Assembly (NCBI GenBank): GCA_964412025.1
Contig: CAYPLY010000002.1
Coordinates: 33,614 to 97,613, forward strand
From: Candidatus Woesearchaeota archaeon
Lineage (GTDB): Archaea; Nanobdellota; Nanobdellia; Pacearchaeales; GW2011-AR1
Reading direction: 5' to 3'
DNA: 64,000 bases
Position 1 is the first letter of the stretch, and every line of letters starts with the position of its first letter. The notes under the pieces were generated by a model. That model was not told the origin of the DNA. It did not search any database and was given only the letters and a program-made list of their open reading frames with translations. The position numbers and the translations under genes are program-made. This document shows, in pieces, positions 19,245-29,197 of this stretch.

Positions 19245-20160
19245 AATGAAAAACCCAAAAGTAGCCATAATCACCTCAACATTTAATCAGGAAGAGAATC
19301 TTAAAAAATGCTTAATAAGTCTTAGAAAAAATGTTAATTATTCAAGATACAAGGTTTATTTTATTGACGATTCTGGAACTGGAAAAATCGCAAAAAAAAT
19401 CAAAAAAGATTTCCCTTGGGTAGATGTTTCTGAAAATCTCCAAAATGAGGGGTATTCTACCTCAAACAACAAACTTGCAAAAAAAGCAATAAAAGAATAT
19501 AATCCGGATTATATCTTACACATAGACGATGATACTCTAATAATTGACAAGAACTGGTTGAAAGAGATGGTTAAGTTTGCGGAAGGAGACAAAAAAATAG
19601 GGGTTGTTGGATGCAAGGTAACATATCCCAAAGGAGAATTACAATGGTTTTACAAAGATAAAAAGATGAATTTTTTAAAGTCTCCAAAAAGAATAATTGA
19701 GACCCCAGAGACGTTTGGAGCATATAAAGTCGATAACGTTATTGGGGCCTGCTTCTTAATTAGAAGAAGTGTTATTGATGAGATAGGATTCCTAGATGAG
19801 AAATTTAATCCTGCCTATGGTGAAGAGACGGATTTCTGTTTAAGGGTAGGTAAAAAAGGATTTAAACTTTTTTATGTGGGAAAAGTAAAAATAGTCCATA
19901 TTGGAGGATCTTCAACAAAACATGTAAAGGATTGGATTTGGCAAATAAAGAAAAGAAATTCTATAAGGCTAGAATGGCTTAATTTTGGATATCCAAAGAT
20001 AATATATAATACATTTATTCATTTTGGCTCTGCAATAATTAATGAGAAACCATTTCAAAAAATTAAATTACTTCTAAGAGCATATAATGAAAACTTCAAG
20101 AATTTTAATGAAATAAAGAAGAAAAGAAGAGAAAGAAATAGCTGGGATAAAATTACTTAA
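19225..20160 (+). CDS. Glycosyltransferase family 2 (paralogue of 14157..15068)
   Basis: VAIITSTFNQ...YKVYFIDDSGTGKIAKKIKKDFPWVDVSEN...HIDDDT. Confidence 0.7.
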   Translation: MISFINKMKNPKVAIITSTFNQEENLKKCLISLRKNVNYSRYKVYFIDDSGTGKIAKKIKKDFPWVDVSENLQNEGYSTSNNKLAKKAIKEYNPDYILHIDDDTLIIDKNWLKEMVKFAEGDKKIGVVGCKVTYPKGELQWFYKDKKMNFLKSPKRIIETPETFGAYKVDNVIGACFLIRRSVIDEIGFLDEKFNPAYGEETDFCLRVGKKGFKLFYVGKVKIVHIGGSSTKHVKDWIWQIKKRNSIRLEWLNFGYPKIIYNTFIHFGSAIINEKPFQKIKLLLRAYNENFKNFNEIKKKRRERNSWDKIT

Positions 20161-21028
20161 TATATTTTGAGTATCTTCTCTTGTTTTTTGTTATCTCTTC
20201 TGGAAAAGTGCTATCTAAATTTACGTAATTTATTTTAAGTTTATCCATAAACAAATCCTCTCCGTTTTCAATCTTATCTATTATTTTTTTAGGATTCTTT
20301 AAATCCAAACTTGAGTAATTTTCAATATGACAAAAATTAGATAATTTTTCCAGAATAAAATCTATATTACCCAGATAAGAAAAGTGCCAACCCCCATCAT
20401 TAATTCTTCTTAAGGGGTTATCTTTACCTTTAAATAAGAACATCCTAATTCTTAAACTAATATTTCTTAGTCTCCTTAATCTATCTCCTTTCTTTTTGAA
20501 TAATTTTTTAAATACCTTAAAATTACATGCTCTCGAACCTTCCCAATTAGAATGAACAAAACCGTTTAAGAAAAATTTATACAGGTTTTGAGAAAAAAGA
20601 ACTATTTTATCTCTTTTTGTAAATTCTTTTAGTAAGTCAAATTTTTTTGGGTTTGGGATTTCATCCAAATCTGAAACTATAATTATATCCTCATCTTTAC
20701 AATTTTTTAGTCCCTTTTGTATTTGGTTCCTTTGATATATTTCTGGTTTCCATCTCCCAAGTCCGAGCACAGAGCTCAGCTTCCAAAATTTTTTGAAATA
20801 TAGCTTTCCTGGATTTGGCATATCATCAACGATGATATGAATTATCTTATTCTCCCATTTCTTGAATTTGCTTTTGTTGTATTTAAAATACAATTGCTTT
20901 TGTTTTCCAGCATGAGTTTTTGTCGCCTCTACTAAAACAAAGTAATCCACAAATGGATTTAAAATTTTTAGCCTTAATTCTAGAACATCAAGCTCATTAT
21001 AAAAAGTAAAGCAATCATAAATCTTCAT
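20153..21028 (-). CDS. Glycosyltransferase family 17-like (beta-1,4-GlcNAc transferase GnT-III-like fold)
   Basis: N-terminal MKIYDCFTFYNELDVLELRLKILNPFVDYFVLVEA is the hallmark of the GT17 domain. Confidence 0.55.
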   Translation of the reverse strand: MKIYDCFTFYNELDVLELRLKILNPFVDYFVLVEATKTHAGKQKQLYFKYNKSKFKKWENKIIHIIVDDMPNPGKLYFKKFWKLSSVLGLGRWKPEIYQRNQIQKGLKNCKDEDIIIVSDLDEIPNPKKFDLLKEFTKRDKIVLFSQNLYKFFLNGFVHSNWEGSRACNFKVFKKLFKKKGDRLRRLRNISLRIRMFLFKGKDNPLRRINDGGWHFSYLGNIDFILEKLSNFCHIENYSSLDLKNPKKIIDKIENGEDLFMDKLKINYVNLDSTFPEEITKNKRRYSKYIK

Positions 21029-21059
21029 AAAAAAATAAAGAGAGGAGAGATATTTAAGT

Positions 21060-22577
21060 TTATTCTTTTCTTTTGATTAAATTTCTCAATAAAATCCAAT
21101 CTTCCTTGTCAATTCCTTTAAACAAAATTAAAAATCCTAGATAAATTCCGGCCCCAAGTACAACTTCAACTATTCCTAAAAAGATGTTTATATCCAGCAG
21201 ATAATTAAACGTCCAAAGGAATGCTCCCATTATTACTGTTGCACATAATGGGGCTCTCAACCCAATACCCTTAACTTTGAAACCAAACTCTTTCTTTACA
21301 TAAAACAACAATAATCCTAGAAGAAATACCCTACTTAGAGAAGTAGCCAGGCTAACCCCTCCTATTAGGAATAATGGATTATCCGAAAATATCTTTATTG
21401 CTACGAAATTAAGAATTATATTTAAGATTAAAGCAAGAAAAACTGAATTGCCTACTCTGTTTGATTTCTCTTTGGATTCAAGGATTATTGAATACAACCC
21501 AATTAGAGGGGTAGTCAAAATTAGTATAGAAAGTAAGTGGAGTGAAGAAGTTCCTAAAAGATATTCATTTCCGTAAACTGCCTTAATTAGGTAATTAGAA
21601 AGGAATACTACACCTATAACTGCGGGTATAGATAAAATCAATAGATACCTTAATGTCTTCCTGAATCCTCTTTCGAATCTTTTCTTATCTATCTGGGTGA
21701 ATATTGGTAAAAATATACTTGATAAAGAAAGCAAAGAAGAAATTGCAATTGCTAAACTTAATGCTGCTCTATAATAAGCAAGATATTCTGAGGATATTGC
21801 AGTACCTAACATCAATGTATCAACTAATGCAAAAAGAGAGAGTGAAACTGTTGCTAAAGCCATATACTTCCAATAAGAGTTCATTTTGGAAGTTTCCATT
21901 TTGCTCTTTTGACCAAAAATAGAACTTTTGTCTTTTCTACGAATTATAAAGAACTCAAGCAAAAGGGTAAAAAAGCTGGATACAAAAAACGCAATGAATA
22001 TACCAGATACAGTTAGTTTATCTGAGAGGATTAAAATAGCAAATACTGAGAAAAGTATCTTCAATATCTGAGAAGAAGAATCAAAGAATAAAATAGATTT
22101 AACATCTTTCCTAGATGTGAAAAAAACCCCTAAAAGTGTTCTAAATGATTCGGCGATTATAAACAAGCAGGATAATATTAAAGGATAAAATAACAATGGT
22201 TGTTTGTAAATATTGTAAGAAAGGTACTTTGAGGATACAATTAAAATGACTACTACAGCGATAACTAAGACGAACCTTAGTTTAAAGAAATAACTTGCAA
22301 GACTTCTTGATTTTCTTTTGTCTTTCTTTCCTGTTGAATCAGAAAGGTATCTTAAAAAAGTATTTTCCATACCAAAGTCTGTGAAAGATAAAGCCAGAGT
22401 AACAATAGAAATAGCTAGAGCATAAACTCCAAATAATTCTGGTAAAAGCATTCTTGCAAGAATCACAGTTAAAATTAATCCTCCAAATTTAAGAACTAGC
22501 AAAGATATTACATTATATGCTGATCCCTTTAAAGCTATCTTTGACAAGTTTTGTGAGGATATATCACTTTTTCGCAT
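21060..22577 (-). CDS. Oligosaccharide flippase, Wzx/MOP-superfamily (AglR-like)
   Basis: ~12-14 TM helices, 505 aa, embedded in the glycosylation cluster. Confidence 0.6.
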   Translation of the reverse strand: MRKSDISSQNLSKIALKGSAYNVISLLVLKFGGLILTVILARMLLPELFGVYALAISIVTLALSFTDFGMENTFLRYLSDSTGKKDKRKSRSLASYFFKLRFVLVIAVVVILIVSSKYLSYNIYKQPLLFYPLILSCLFIIAESFRTLLGVFFTSRKDVKSILFFDSSSQILKILFSVFAILILSDKLTVSGIFIAFFVSSFFTLLLEFFIIRRKDKSSIFGQKSKMETSKMNSYWKYMALATVSLSLFALVDTLMLGTAISSEYLAYYRAALSLAIAISSLLSLSSIFLPIFTQIDKKRFERGFRKTLRYLLILSIPAVIGVVFLSNYLIKAVYGNEYLLGTSSLHLLSILILTTPLIGLYSIILESKEKSNRVGNSVFLALILNIILNFVAIKIFSDNPLFLIGGVSLATSLSRVFLLGLLLFYVKKEFGFKVKGIGLRAPLCATVIMGAFLWTFNYLLDINIFLGIVEVVLGAGIYLGFLILFKGIDKEDWILLRNLIKRKE

Positions 22578-22593
22578 AAATATTTAAAAGGAA

Positions 22594-23190
22594 TTGGGGT
22601 TTTTAAACGAAATGGAAAATAAAACAAGTATAAATAAGATTTTAGATGAATTTATTGGGATAGAGATAATAAAAACAAGACCAAAAGAAGCAATAACCTT
22701 TGCTAAGAGATATTTTAAAAATAAACATATAACCGCTATAGAGATAGGTGTGTTAAGAGGCGTAAACTCCAAAGAAATTCTAAAAAATTTAAATGTTGAT
22801 AAATTATACCTTATTGATCCTTGGTTATCTTATTTAGAATATAGAAAATCTGAGCCTAGAAGGACTCAAAATTCTTTGAATAAAGATTTTAGGATATGCA
22901 AACAAAAACTAAATAGATATTCTAAAAAAATAGAATATATTAAGAAATTTTCGCATGAAGCTATAAATTTAGTCCCGGTTGTAGACTTTATATATATAGA
23001 TGGGAATCATGAATATGAGTATGTTAAAAAGGATTTAGAAATGTATTGGAAAAAGATAAAAAAAGGAGGAATTTTATCAGGACACGACATACAATATCTA
23101 GGAGTAAGCAGAGCATTATTAGATTTTGCAAAAAAGAATAAGTTAGAAATTTTATTTGGAGATAGAAGGGATTGGTGGATAATAAAATGA
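22594..23190 (+). CDS. Class I SAM-dependent methyltransferase (macrocin-O-MT/TylF-like)
   Basis: IYIDGNHEYEYVKKDLEMYWKKIKKGGILSGHD. Confidence 0.5.
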   Translation: MGFLNEMENKTSINKILDEFIGIEIIKTRPKEAITFAKRYFKNKHITAIEIGVLRGVNSKEILKNLNVDKLYLIDPWLSYLEYRKSEPRRTQNSLNKDFRICKQKLNRYSKKIEYIKKFSHEAINLVPVVDFIYIDGNHEYEYVKKDLEMYWKKIKKGGILSGHDIQYLGVSRALLDFAKKNKLEILFGDRRDWWIIK

Positions 23191-24332
23191 AAAAGATAAA
23201 AGTTCTACTAGATTTTAATATAACCAACAGAACACATTCTTTATATCATTCATTTTTCAATAATCCTCCGGAAGGTGTAGAGTATAAAAAATCCGAGTTT
23301 AGAGGAATCAATGACAAAAATTATTCTAAGCTTGGGAAGATATACTGGAGAATTGTTAAAGTTTTTCCAATTATAGAGAAGTTTCATCAGAATATAGGAG
23401 ATTTTTTAAGAAAGGAGTCTGGATTTGACTTGGTGCACTTTACATTTCATCTTGGAAATACAAGAAAGCCCTGCGTTGTTGATTATGAAAGTGCATATAG
23501 CTTTATAGATATTAGAAATAAAGAAAATAGGAAAGACAAAAGAAAAGCAACAAAACTCCTAAACAAAAGAAATGTTAAGTTCCTAATGCCAATACATGAA
23601 GAAGCATTAAAATCATTTAATCTTTTTTTTAAAGGTAAAATAAAAAAGCCTCAAGAGATAGTATATCCCACAATATTTATACCAGAAAATTTTAGAAAAT
23701 ATGTAAAAAAAGAAAATCGGGTTGTTTTTATATCCACATCTAATAACCTTAATGATCAAGCGTTCTTAATAAAAGGGGGTTTAGAGACAATTAAATCATT
23801 TGAGAAATTGGCTAAAAAATATCCAAATTGGGAATTTTTAATACTTGGAAAGATACCTCCTTATATAGAACATAAATTCCCAAGAAATATAATTCTTAAA
23901 GAAGGGGTTCCAAGAGAAGAAATGTGGAAAATATTTAATGAGTCGAGTGTTTTTGTTCAGCCTTGCTATCAAGCTCCTGCAATGGCATTTTTGGAAGCAA
24001 TGTGGTTTAAGCTTCCAATAATTACTTATAACGTTTGGGGAAATTCAGAATATGTGGATTCATTTAATGGAATCCTAATTAACCCGGAGGAAATAAATCA
24101 TATAGATAAAAACAATATTCCGGTGTATACTGAAGAAGTGCTTAATAAAATTAAAAAAAATGCAAATAAAAATTCAATCAAAATAGAAAAGGCGTTGGAA
24201 AAATTAATGGAAAATAAAAGATTAAGAGAAAAACTTGGAGAGAATGGATTTCAGAGAGTTTCCAATGGAAAATTTTCCATAGACAAAAAGAACGAAAAGT
24301 TAAGAAAAATATATAAGGAGGCACTTTCTTAG
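23172..24332 (+). CDS. Glycosyltransferase (GT-B/GT4-like)
   Basis: VQPCYQAPAMAFLEAMWFKLPIITYNVWGNSEYV resembles the GT4 C-terminal region. Confidence 0.45.
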   Translation: MVDNKMKKIKVLLDFNITNRTHSLYHSFFNNPPEGVEYKKSEFRGINDKNYSKLGKIYWRIVKVFPIIEKFHQNIGDFLRKESGFDLVHFTFHLGNTRKPCVVDYESAYSFIDIRNKENRKDKRKATKLLNKRNVKFLMPIHEEALKSFNLFFKGKIKKPQEIVYPTIFIPENFRKYVKKENRVVFISTSNNLNDQAFLIKGGLETIKSFEKLAKKYPNWEFLILGKIPPYIEHKFPRNIILKEGVPREEMWKIFNESSVFVQPCYQAPAMAFLEAMWFKLPIITYNVWGNSEYVDSFNGILINPEEINHIDKNNIPVYTEEVLNKIKKNANKNSIKIEKALEKLMENKRLREKLGENGFQRVSNGKFSIDKKNEKLRKIYKEALS

Positions 24333-24338
24333 AAAAAA

Positions 24339-25154
24339 ATGGGGAGGATAGGGATAACGGGGGCTAGTGGATTTATAGGAAATAATGTAGCAAAATATCT
24401 TGCAGATAGGGGATATAAAATAGTGGCTTTTGGAAGAGAATCCGATAGAAACTTTGACCATAACAATGTGGAGTGGAAAATAGTTGATTTGAATTCTATA
24501 CAAAAAGGGGATTTTGAAGGAGTGGGAAAATTAATTCATTTTGCTGGAGCATACACTGCTCAGGATGCTTTTAGTAAAAATGTATCAATGTTAAAAAAAG
24601 TTTTAGATATTGCACATGATGCGGAAGTAGAAAATTTTTACATGATTTCTACTTATGCCGTGTTTGGAGATAGAAAAACTCCTGCAAATATTACTGCTCC
24701 TTACGCTCCTCTAGAGGCATATGCTATGAGTAAAGTTATAGGAGAAGAAGAGTTTAACAGAAGAAAATCGTCGGGACAAATTAAGGGGACTATAATAAGA
24801 CCATGTAGCATTTATGGAAAATACGGAAGAAATTTTGTAGATATTATAAAAGAAAAGATAAAAAAACAAGAAGAAATACAAATGGTATGTTTTAGAAACC
24901 AATTCTTACATGTGGATGATTTCTCAGAAGAATTAATAAAAATAATAGAAGAAAAGAATCTTGAACCTTCTTATAACATAGAGGGAGAAGTAATAACAGA
25001 GATGGTTTTAAAAGATATATTTGAGGAAATGAATACTCCTTTTTCTTTAAGTGACCATCAGACAAGAAGTTATTGGTGCAAGGGTAATTTCCCTTTGATG
25101 AAAAATAATGTAAGAAAGTATCTTAACGAAGCGAAAAAGGAGGTAACAAATTAA
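24339..25154 (+). CDS. NAD-dependent epimerase/dehydratase family protein
   Basis: IGITGASGFIGNNVAKYL GxxGxxG; YAMSK YxxxK. Confidence 0.65.
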   Translation: MGRIGITGASGFIGNNVAKYLADRGYKIVAFGRESDRNFDHNNVEWKIVDLNSIQKGDFEGVGKLIHFAGAYTAQDAFSKNVSMLKKVLDIAHDAEVENFYMISTYAVFGDRKTPANITAPYAPLEAYAMSKVIGEEEFNRRKSSGQIKGTIIRPCSIYGKYGRNFVDIIKEKIKKQEEIQMVCFRNQFLHVDDFSEELIKIIEEKNLEPSYNIEGEVITEMVLKDIFEEMNTPFSLSDHQTRSYWCKGNFPLMKNNVRKYLNEAKKEVTN

Positions 25155-25155
25155 A

Positions 25156-25704
25156 ATGCCATTCGAATTTGAAAAAACCTCTATTGACGGAGTATATCTA
25201 ATAAAACCAAAAATATTCGGAGATGAAAGAGGATTCTTTTTGGAGACGTACAAGAAGGATGATTTTGAGAAAGAAGGGATAACTGGAGATTTCGTCCAGG
25301 ACAATCATTCAAAATCAAAAAAGGGGGTAATAAGAGCAATTCATTTACAAAAAGGGAAACATGCCCAAGCAAAGATAGTTAGGTGCATAAAAGGAGCGAT
25401 ATGGGATATTGCAGTAGATTTAAGAAAAGATTCTCCCACTTTTGGAGAATATGTTGCATTTGAGCTTAATGAAGAAAATAAATATATACTTTACATACCA
25501 AGAGGGTGTGGACATGGATTTGCTGCATTAACTGAAGGAGTTGAGATGGAATATAAAAATGATAATCTTTACAGCCCTGAGAACGAAACAGGTGTTGTAT
25601 GGAACGATTCTGATTTAAAAATTCCCTGGCCAGTTGAAAATCCAATTGTTGCTGAAAAAGATAAAAGACTCCTAACCCTTAAAGAGTTTAAAGAAAGATT
25701 ATAA
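25156..25704 (+). CDS. rmlC: dTDP-4-dehydrorhamnose 3,5-epimerase (RmlC)
   Basis: GVYLIKPKIFGDERGFFLETYKKDDF...RAIHLQ...PRGCGHGF, the RmlC cupin signature. Confidence 0.8.
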   Translation: MPFEFEKTSIDGVYLIKPKIFGDERGFFLETYKKDDFEKEGITGDFVQDNHSKSKKGVIRAIHLQKGKHAQAKIVRCIKGAIWDIAVDLRKDSPTFGEYVAFELNEENKYILYIPRGCGHGFAALTEGVEMEYKNDNLYSPENETGVVWNDSDLKIPWPVENPIVAEKDKRLLTLKEFKERL

Positions 25705-25720
25705 AAATAAACTTGAAAAA

Positions 25721-27253
25721 TTAATCGCCCATTCTTTTAAGTATATCACTGAACGCAGGTCTAGTTATGAATACTCCAACGCTTATTCCAATAAGTGTTG
25801 TTATTGCGAATCCTTTCAATAATCCTGCTCCTGCCCATAAAAGAGGAAGTAACGAGACCAAAACGGTGAAGTAAGCCCCCATAATTATTGCAAATGCTCT
25901 CTTTAATCTCTGTTTAAGTGTGAGTGAAACTTTTGATCTAGATTCATCCAACAAAACAACCTGATCGTCAAATCCAGTACCAATTGTAGCCAAAATACCT
26001 GCAATACTTGCCAAATCAAGATTCCATTTTATTAATGCAGCAATACCCAGAATTATTATTACTTCTGAGAAACTTATGAATATAACTGTCAAAGATTGTT
26101 TGATATTTCTATATCTAACAAATATAACAATTGAAGATGCCAGGAGTGCAGCGATCCCTGCAAAGATTATATATTTCATAAAATCTTCTCCTAAAAGAGG
26201 GGAAATTGTATCTAGCTTAACAATTTCTAATTTGTAAGGAAGACTTCCTGTTATAAGAATGGTTTGAAGGTTATGCATACTTTCTTCTGCTGCATTATAT
26301 GCCTCTTCCTGAGTCTCTCCTGAGCCAGAACCAGAGATTGCTATCTGAGTTGTAACTTGCCCTTTAAGGTCCTTACTTATCAAAAGAGTTTCAACAAGAT
26401 TATCATCTAAATATAAATCTAAAGGCTCTGAAAGATATTCTGGATTAGTTGCATTTATAGAAATTTTATTTGTTATGTCTGCGTGTCTTCTTGCCGCCTC
26501 TTCGCTTAAATAAATTGTAAATATAAATCTACAATAATACCCTCCTGAAGAATCTTGATCACAAGATTGTATATACGAGCAAGTTGCATCATTTCTACAA
26601 ACAGAAGCAACATCTCTATCTCCTCCTATGAATACTGTATCGTTGCCAATCTTCGCTTCGAATTTACCCTGGTCCTCAACCATTGCCTTTAAATCTTTAG
26701 GGGTTGCTCCAGCAATTTCTATAAGCATATATCTTTTTCCAGATAAATCTGAAACAGGACTAACTTTTATATCTGAAAGTCCATAAACATTAAATCTATT
26801 GGAGGTTATTGTAACCAAATCGTTTATCTCTTCTGAAGAGAGCTCCTTATCCTGCGCTTGTACCAGTGCTCTTGCTCCTCCGGATAAATCCAAGCCTGTT
26901 TTTATCCCTGTTTTAGGTACATTTGAAACAGTTATGTTAGGTGCATGATTTGTAAACAAAACAATATCTGATTGAGTTGTGGTTATAACCAACTTAGTTT
27001 CTTCCTCAGAGGGGAAATTTTCCAATATATATTTGGAAAAATCATCTACACTTTCAATGGTTTTCCCATCTATTGAAGTAATTATTTGGCCTTGTCTTAA
27101 TCCATATTCAAATGAACTTGAGTTCTGTTCAACGCTTGTTATCAAGACTCCTTTTTGAAAGAATGTAAACCCGTTTGAAGAATTGAAAATTGAAATTAAA
27201 GATAGTGCTAAAACAATTATCAATATCCATATTCTAACACTTAATTTTTTCAT
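25721..27253 (-). CDS. secD: Protein-export membrane protein SecD
   Basis: N-terminal TM, large extracytoplasmic domain, C-terminal 5 TM; downstream of secF and overlapping it. Confidence 0.75.
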   Translation of the reverse strand: MKKLSVRIWILIIVLALSLISIFNSSNGFTFFQKGVLITSVEQNSSSFEYGLRQGQIITSIDGKTIESVDDFSKYILENFPSEEETKLVITTTQSDIVLFTNHAPNITVSNVPKTGIKTGLDLSGGARALVQAQDKELSSEEINDLVTITSNRFNVYGLSDIKVSPVSDLSGKRYMLIEIAGATPKDLKAMVEDQGKFEAKIGNDTVFIGGDRDVASVCRNDATCSYIQSCDQDSSGGYYCRFIFTIYLSEEAARRHADITNKISINATNPEYLSEPLDLYLDDNLVETLLISKDLKGQVTTQIAISGSGSGETQEEAYNAAEESMHNLQTILITGSLPYKLEIVKLDTISPLLGEDFMKYIIFAGIAALLASSIVIFVRYRNIKQSLTVIFISFSEVIIILGIAALIKWNLDLASIAGILATIGTGFDDQVVLLDESRSKVSLTLKQRLKRAFAIIMGAYFTVLVSLLPLLWAGAGLLKGFAITTLIGISVGVFITRPAFSDILKRMGD

Positions 27254-28146
27254 CTTTTATTCTCCTTTGATTTAATGTACCATTTAAGTATTGAAGCGTT
27301 TGTTATCCAAGTATTGAAAATATCAAAAAATAACCCTATTAAAAGAACTGTGAATATTTGTGTTAAAGTAACTGAAAATGATTTTACAACAAGGAAAGCT
27401 ACTCCTACCGCAACAATAGAGGTTAATGTCATCGTTATACCTGTTTTTAATGCCCCGGTTAACCTTTCATTTATGGAACCTTCATGCCGTTTAAGAACCC
27501 TGTTTGTAAGGAGAATATCTGTATCAACAGAATAACCAATAAGCATTAACAATGAAATAATCCCTGCGCTTGACATTTTAACTCCCAATAAATTCAAAGT
27601 TACAAGCGTCATTAAAATGTCTGCAAATGCTGCAAGAACAACTGCTGCAGAAGGAACAAGATTTCTAAATATTATAAAAACGACTATCGCCATAAAAATA
27701 AAAGAAACTAGAATTGCAATCAAAAGCTGTCTGTAAAAAGATTCGCTAAGAGAAGAACCTGTAAACTCAAAACTGCTGTTTTCATCCCCAAGTTCATAAC
27801 CCAGGTAATCTTCTAGGAAAATCTTTGTTTCTTCCGCATTCACAGTGGTTTCTATAGTAACGGCAATCTGCTCCCCTGTAATTAAATCGGAAACCTCCCT
27901 AACATTAACTTCTCCAAATTCTTGTACTAGTGCCTCTTTTAAGGCTGAAATATCCACACTGGCGTAAACTGTTGCTGAAGTTCCTCCCTTAAGAGAGATA
28001 TCTTTCAAGAAAAAATCATCATGTTGTGAGTAAAAAATCCCCATATAAACGAAGGAAAATACAATCAATACTAAAGGAATTAACAATAACTTCTTATAAT
28101 ATCTGTCATGCCAGTTTTGTTTATGTTTTTCTTGTTGTACTTCCAT
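27250..28146 (-). CDS. secF: Protein-export membrane protein SecF
   Basis: TM1, periplasmic domain, 5 TM; gene order secF-secD typical of archaea. Confidence 0.75.
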   Translation of the reverse strand: MEVQQEKHKQNWHDRYYKKLLLIPLVLIVFSFVYMGIFYSQHDDFFLKDISLKGGTSATVYASVDISALKEALVQEFGEVNVREVSDLITGEQIAVTIETTVNAEETKIFLEDYLGYELGDENSSFEFTGSSLSESFYRQLLIAILVSFIFMAIVVFIIFRNLVPSAAVVLAAFADILMTLVTLNLLGVKMSSAGIISLLMLIGYSVDTDILLTNRVLKRHEGSINERLTGALKTGITMTLTSIVAVGVAFLVVKSFSVTLTQIFTVLLIGLFFDIFNTWITNASILKWYIKSKENKR

Positions 28147-28163
28147 ATATTCTCCGTATTCAA

Positions 28164-28234
28164 TGCGCGAGCCGGGATTCGAACCCGGGTCATCTGGTTG
28201 GAGGCCAGAGATTCTGCCGCTGAACTACCCACGC
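28164..28234 (-). tRNA. tRNA-Gly (anticodon TCC)
   Basis: Cloverleaf folded by hand: acceptor GCGTGGG/CTCGCGC, anticodon stem TCTGG/CCAGA with loop CCTCCAA, T-loop GGTTCGAATCC. Confidence 0.8.
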
Positions 28235-28327
28235 ATATTATATTCTTATTTTAGAAGTGTTTTAAAGGTTTTTGTTTTAATAAAAATGAGGGAACAGATT
28301 TATTAACCAAAAAATATAATTGAACAG

Positions 28328-28813
28328 GTGAAAAAACTCAAAAAATTCCTTATAATTGAAATAACAATACTCCTTGTTATGGTCCTGATAACTATTATTG
28401 AAAAAACAAATTTTAACATATTTAAGGAAATATTCACATTTATAAGATCGCCATTCTCTTGGTTTGTGGGAATTAGTACATCATACGCATTCTCTAATGC
28501 GTTACAGGTTGGATTCTTCACGTTGTTTTCAAAAAAGACGAAGCAAGAAGGGAAGGAAAAGGGGGATTTTTTTGCCGGATTTTTAATTACATTGATAATA
28601 ACTGCATTGACAACCCCTTACTTATACAAATGGGCTGGATATTTCTTCACAGAATATTTCATATATTTTCATGTTATAGCGCTACAATCAATTGTCCTTA
28701 TATATTTTCTATTCAAAATGAGAGGACATTATAGAGTATCCTGGAGTTATCTATTCACGACTGAAGCTATAATAGTTTTCTTCTGGTGGATTATAAAATA
28801 TCTTTTACATTAA
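28328..28813 (+). CDS. Hypothetical polytopic membrane protein
   Basis: 4-5 predicted TM helices; no recognisable motif. Confidence 0.35.
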   Translation: MKKLKKFLIIEITILLVMVLITIIEKTNFNIFKEIFTFIRSPFSWFVGISTSYAFSNALQVGFFTLFSKKTKQEGKEKGDFFAGFLITLIITALTTPYLYKWAGYFFTEYFIYFHVIALQSIVLIYFLFKMRGHYRVSWSYLFTTEAIIVFFWWIIKYLLH

Positions 28814-28819
28814 CAAAAA

Positions 28820-28894
28820 TGCGCTCGGAAGGATTTGAACCTTCGACTCCCTCCTTAGGACGGAGGTACTCTATCCAGGCTGAGTTACGAACGC
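28820..28894 (-). tRNA. tRNA-Arg (anticodon CCT)
   Basis: Acceptor GCGTTCG/CGAGCGC; anticodon stem CCTCC/GGAGG with loop GTCCTAA; T-arm GAAGGTTCAAATCCTTC. Confidence 0.8.
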
Positions 28895-28896
28895 AA

Positions 28897-28980
28897 TGCG
28901 GGATACAGGATTCGAACCTGTGCAAGCACTGAGCTACGAGAGCCTTAATCTCGCCCGTTTGACCACTCCGGCAACCCCGC
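28897..28980 (-). tRNA. tRNA-Leu (class II, long variable arm); strict folding gives anticodon AAG
   Basis: Acceptor GCGGGGT/ATCCCGC; D-arm CCG-GAGTGGTCAAA-CGG; perfect anticodon stem CGAGA/TCTCG with loop TTAAGGC; long variable arm; T-arm ACAGGTTCGAATCCTGT. Confidence 0.7.
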
Positions 28981-29051
28981 AAAATCTTTCTAGAAAACCA
29001 AGAAATCTAGCATATAAAAAGGTTTATAAACCAAAAGAGGATTGAAATTTC

Positions 29052-29163
29052 GAGACGGCCATAATAGGTTGGTAACACCTGTTCCCTTTCCGAACACAGA
29101 AGTTAAGCAACCTATGTTGTTATCAGTACTGTCCGGAAAGATGGGAAAATAACAAGCTGTCTT
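29052..29163 (+). rRNA. 5S ribosomal RNA (stand-alone)
   Basis: CCGAACACAGAAGTTAAGC universal 5S loop motif; terminal helix GAGACGGC/GCTGTCTT; ~112 nt; exact ends approximate. Confidence 0.75.
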
Positions 29164-29197
29164 AACTTTTTTTAAAATTTAATGATTATTTAGAAAA

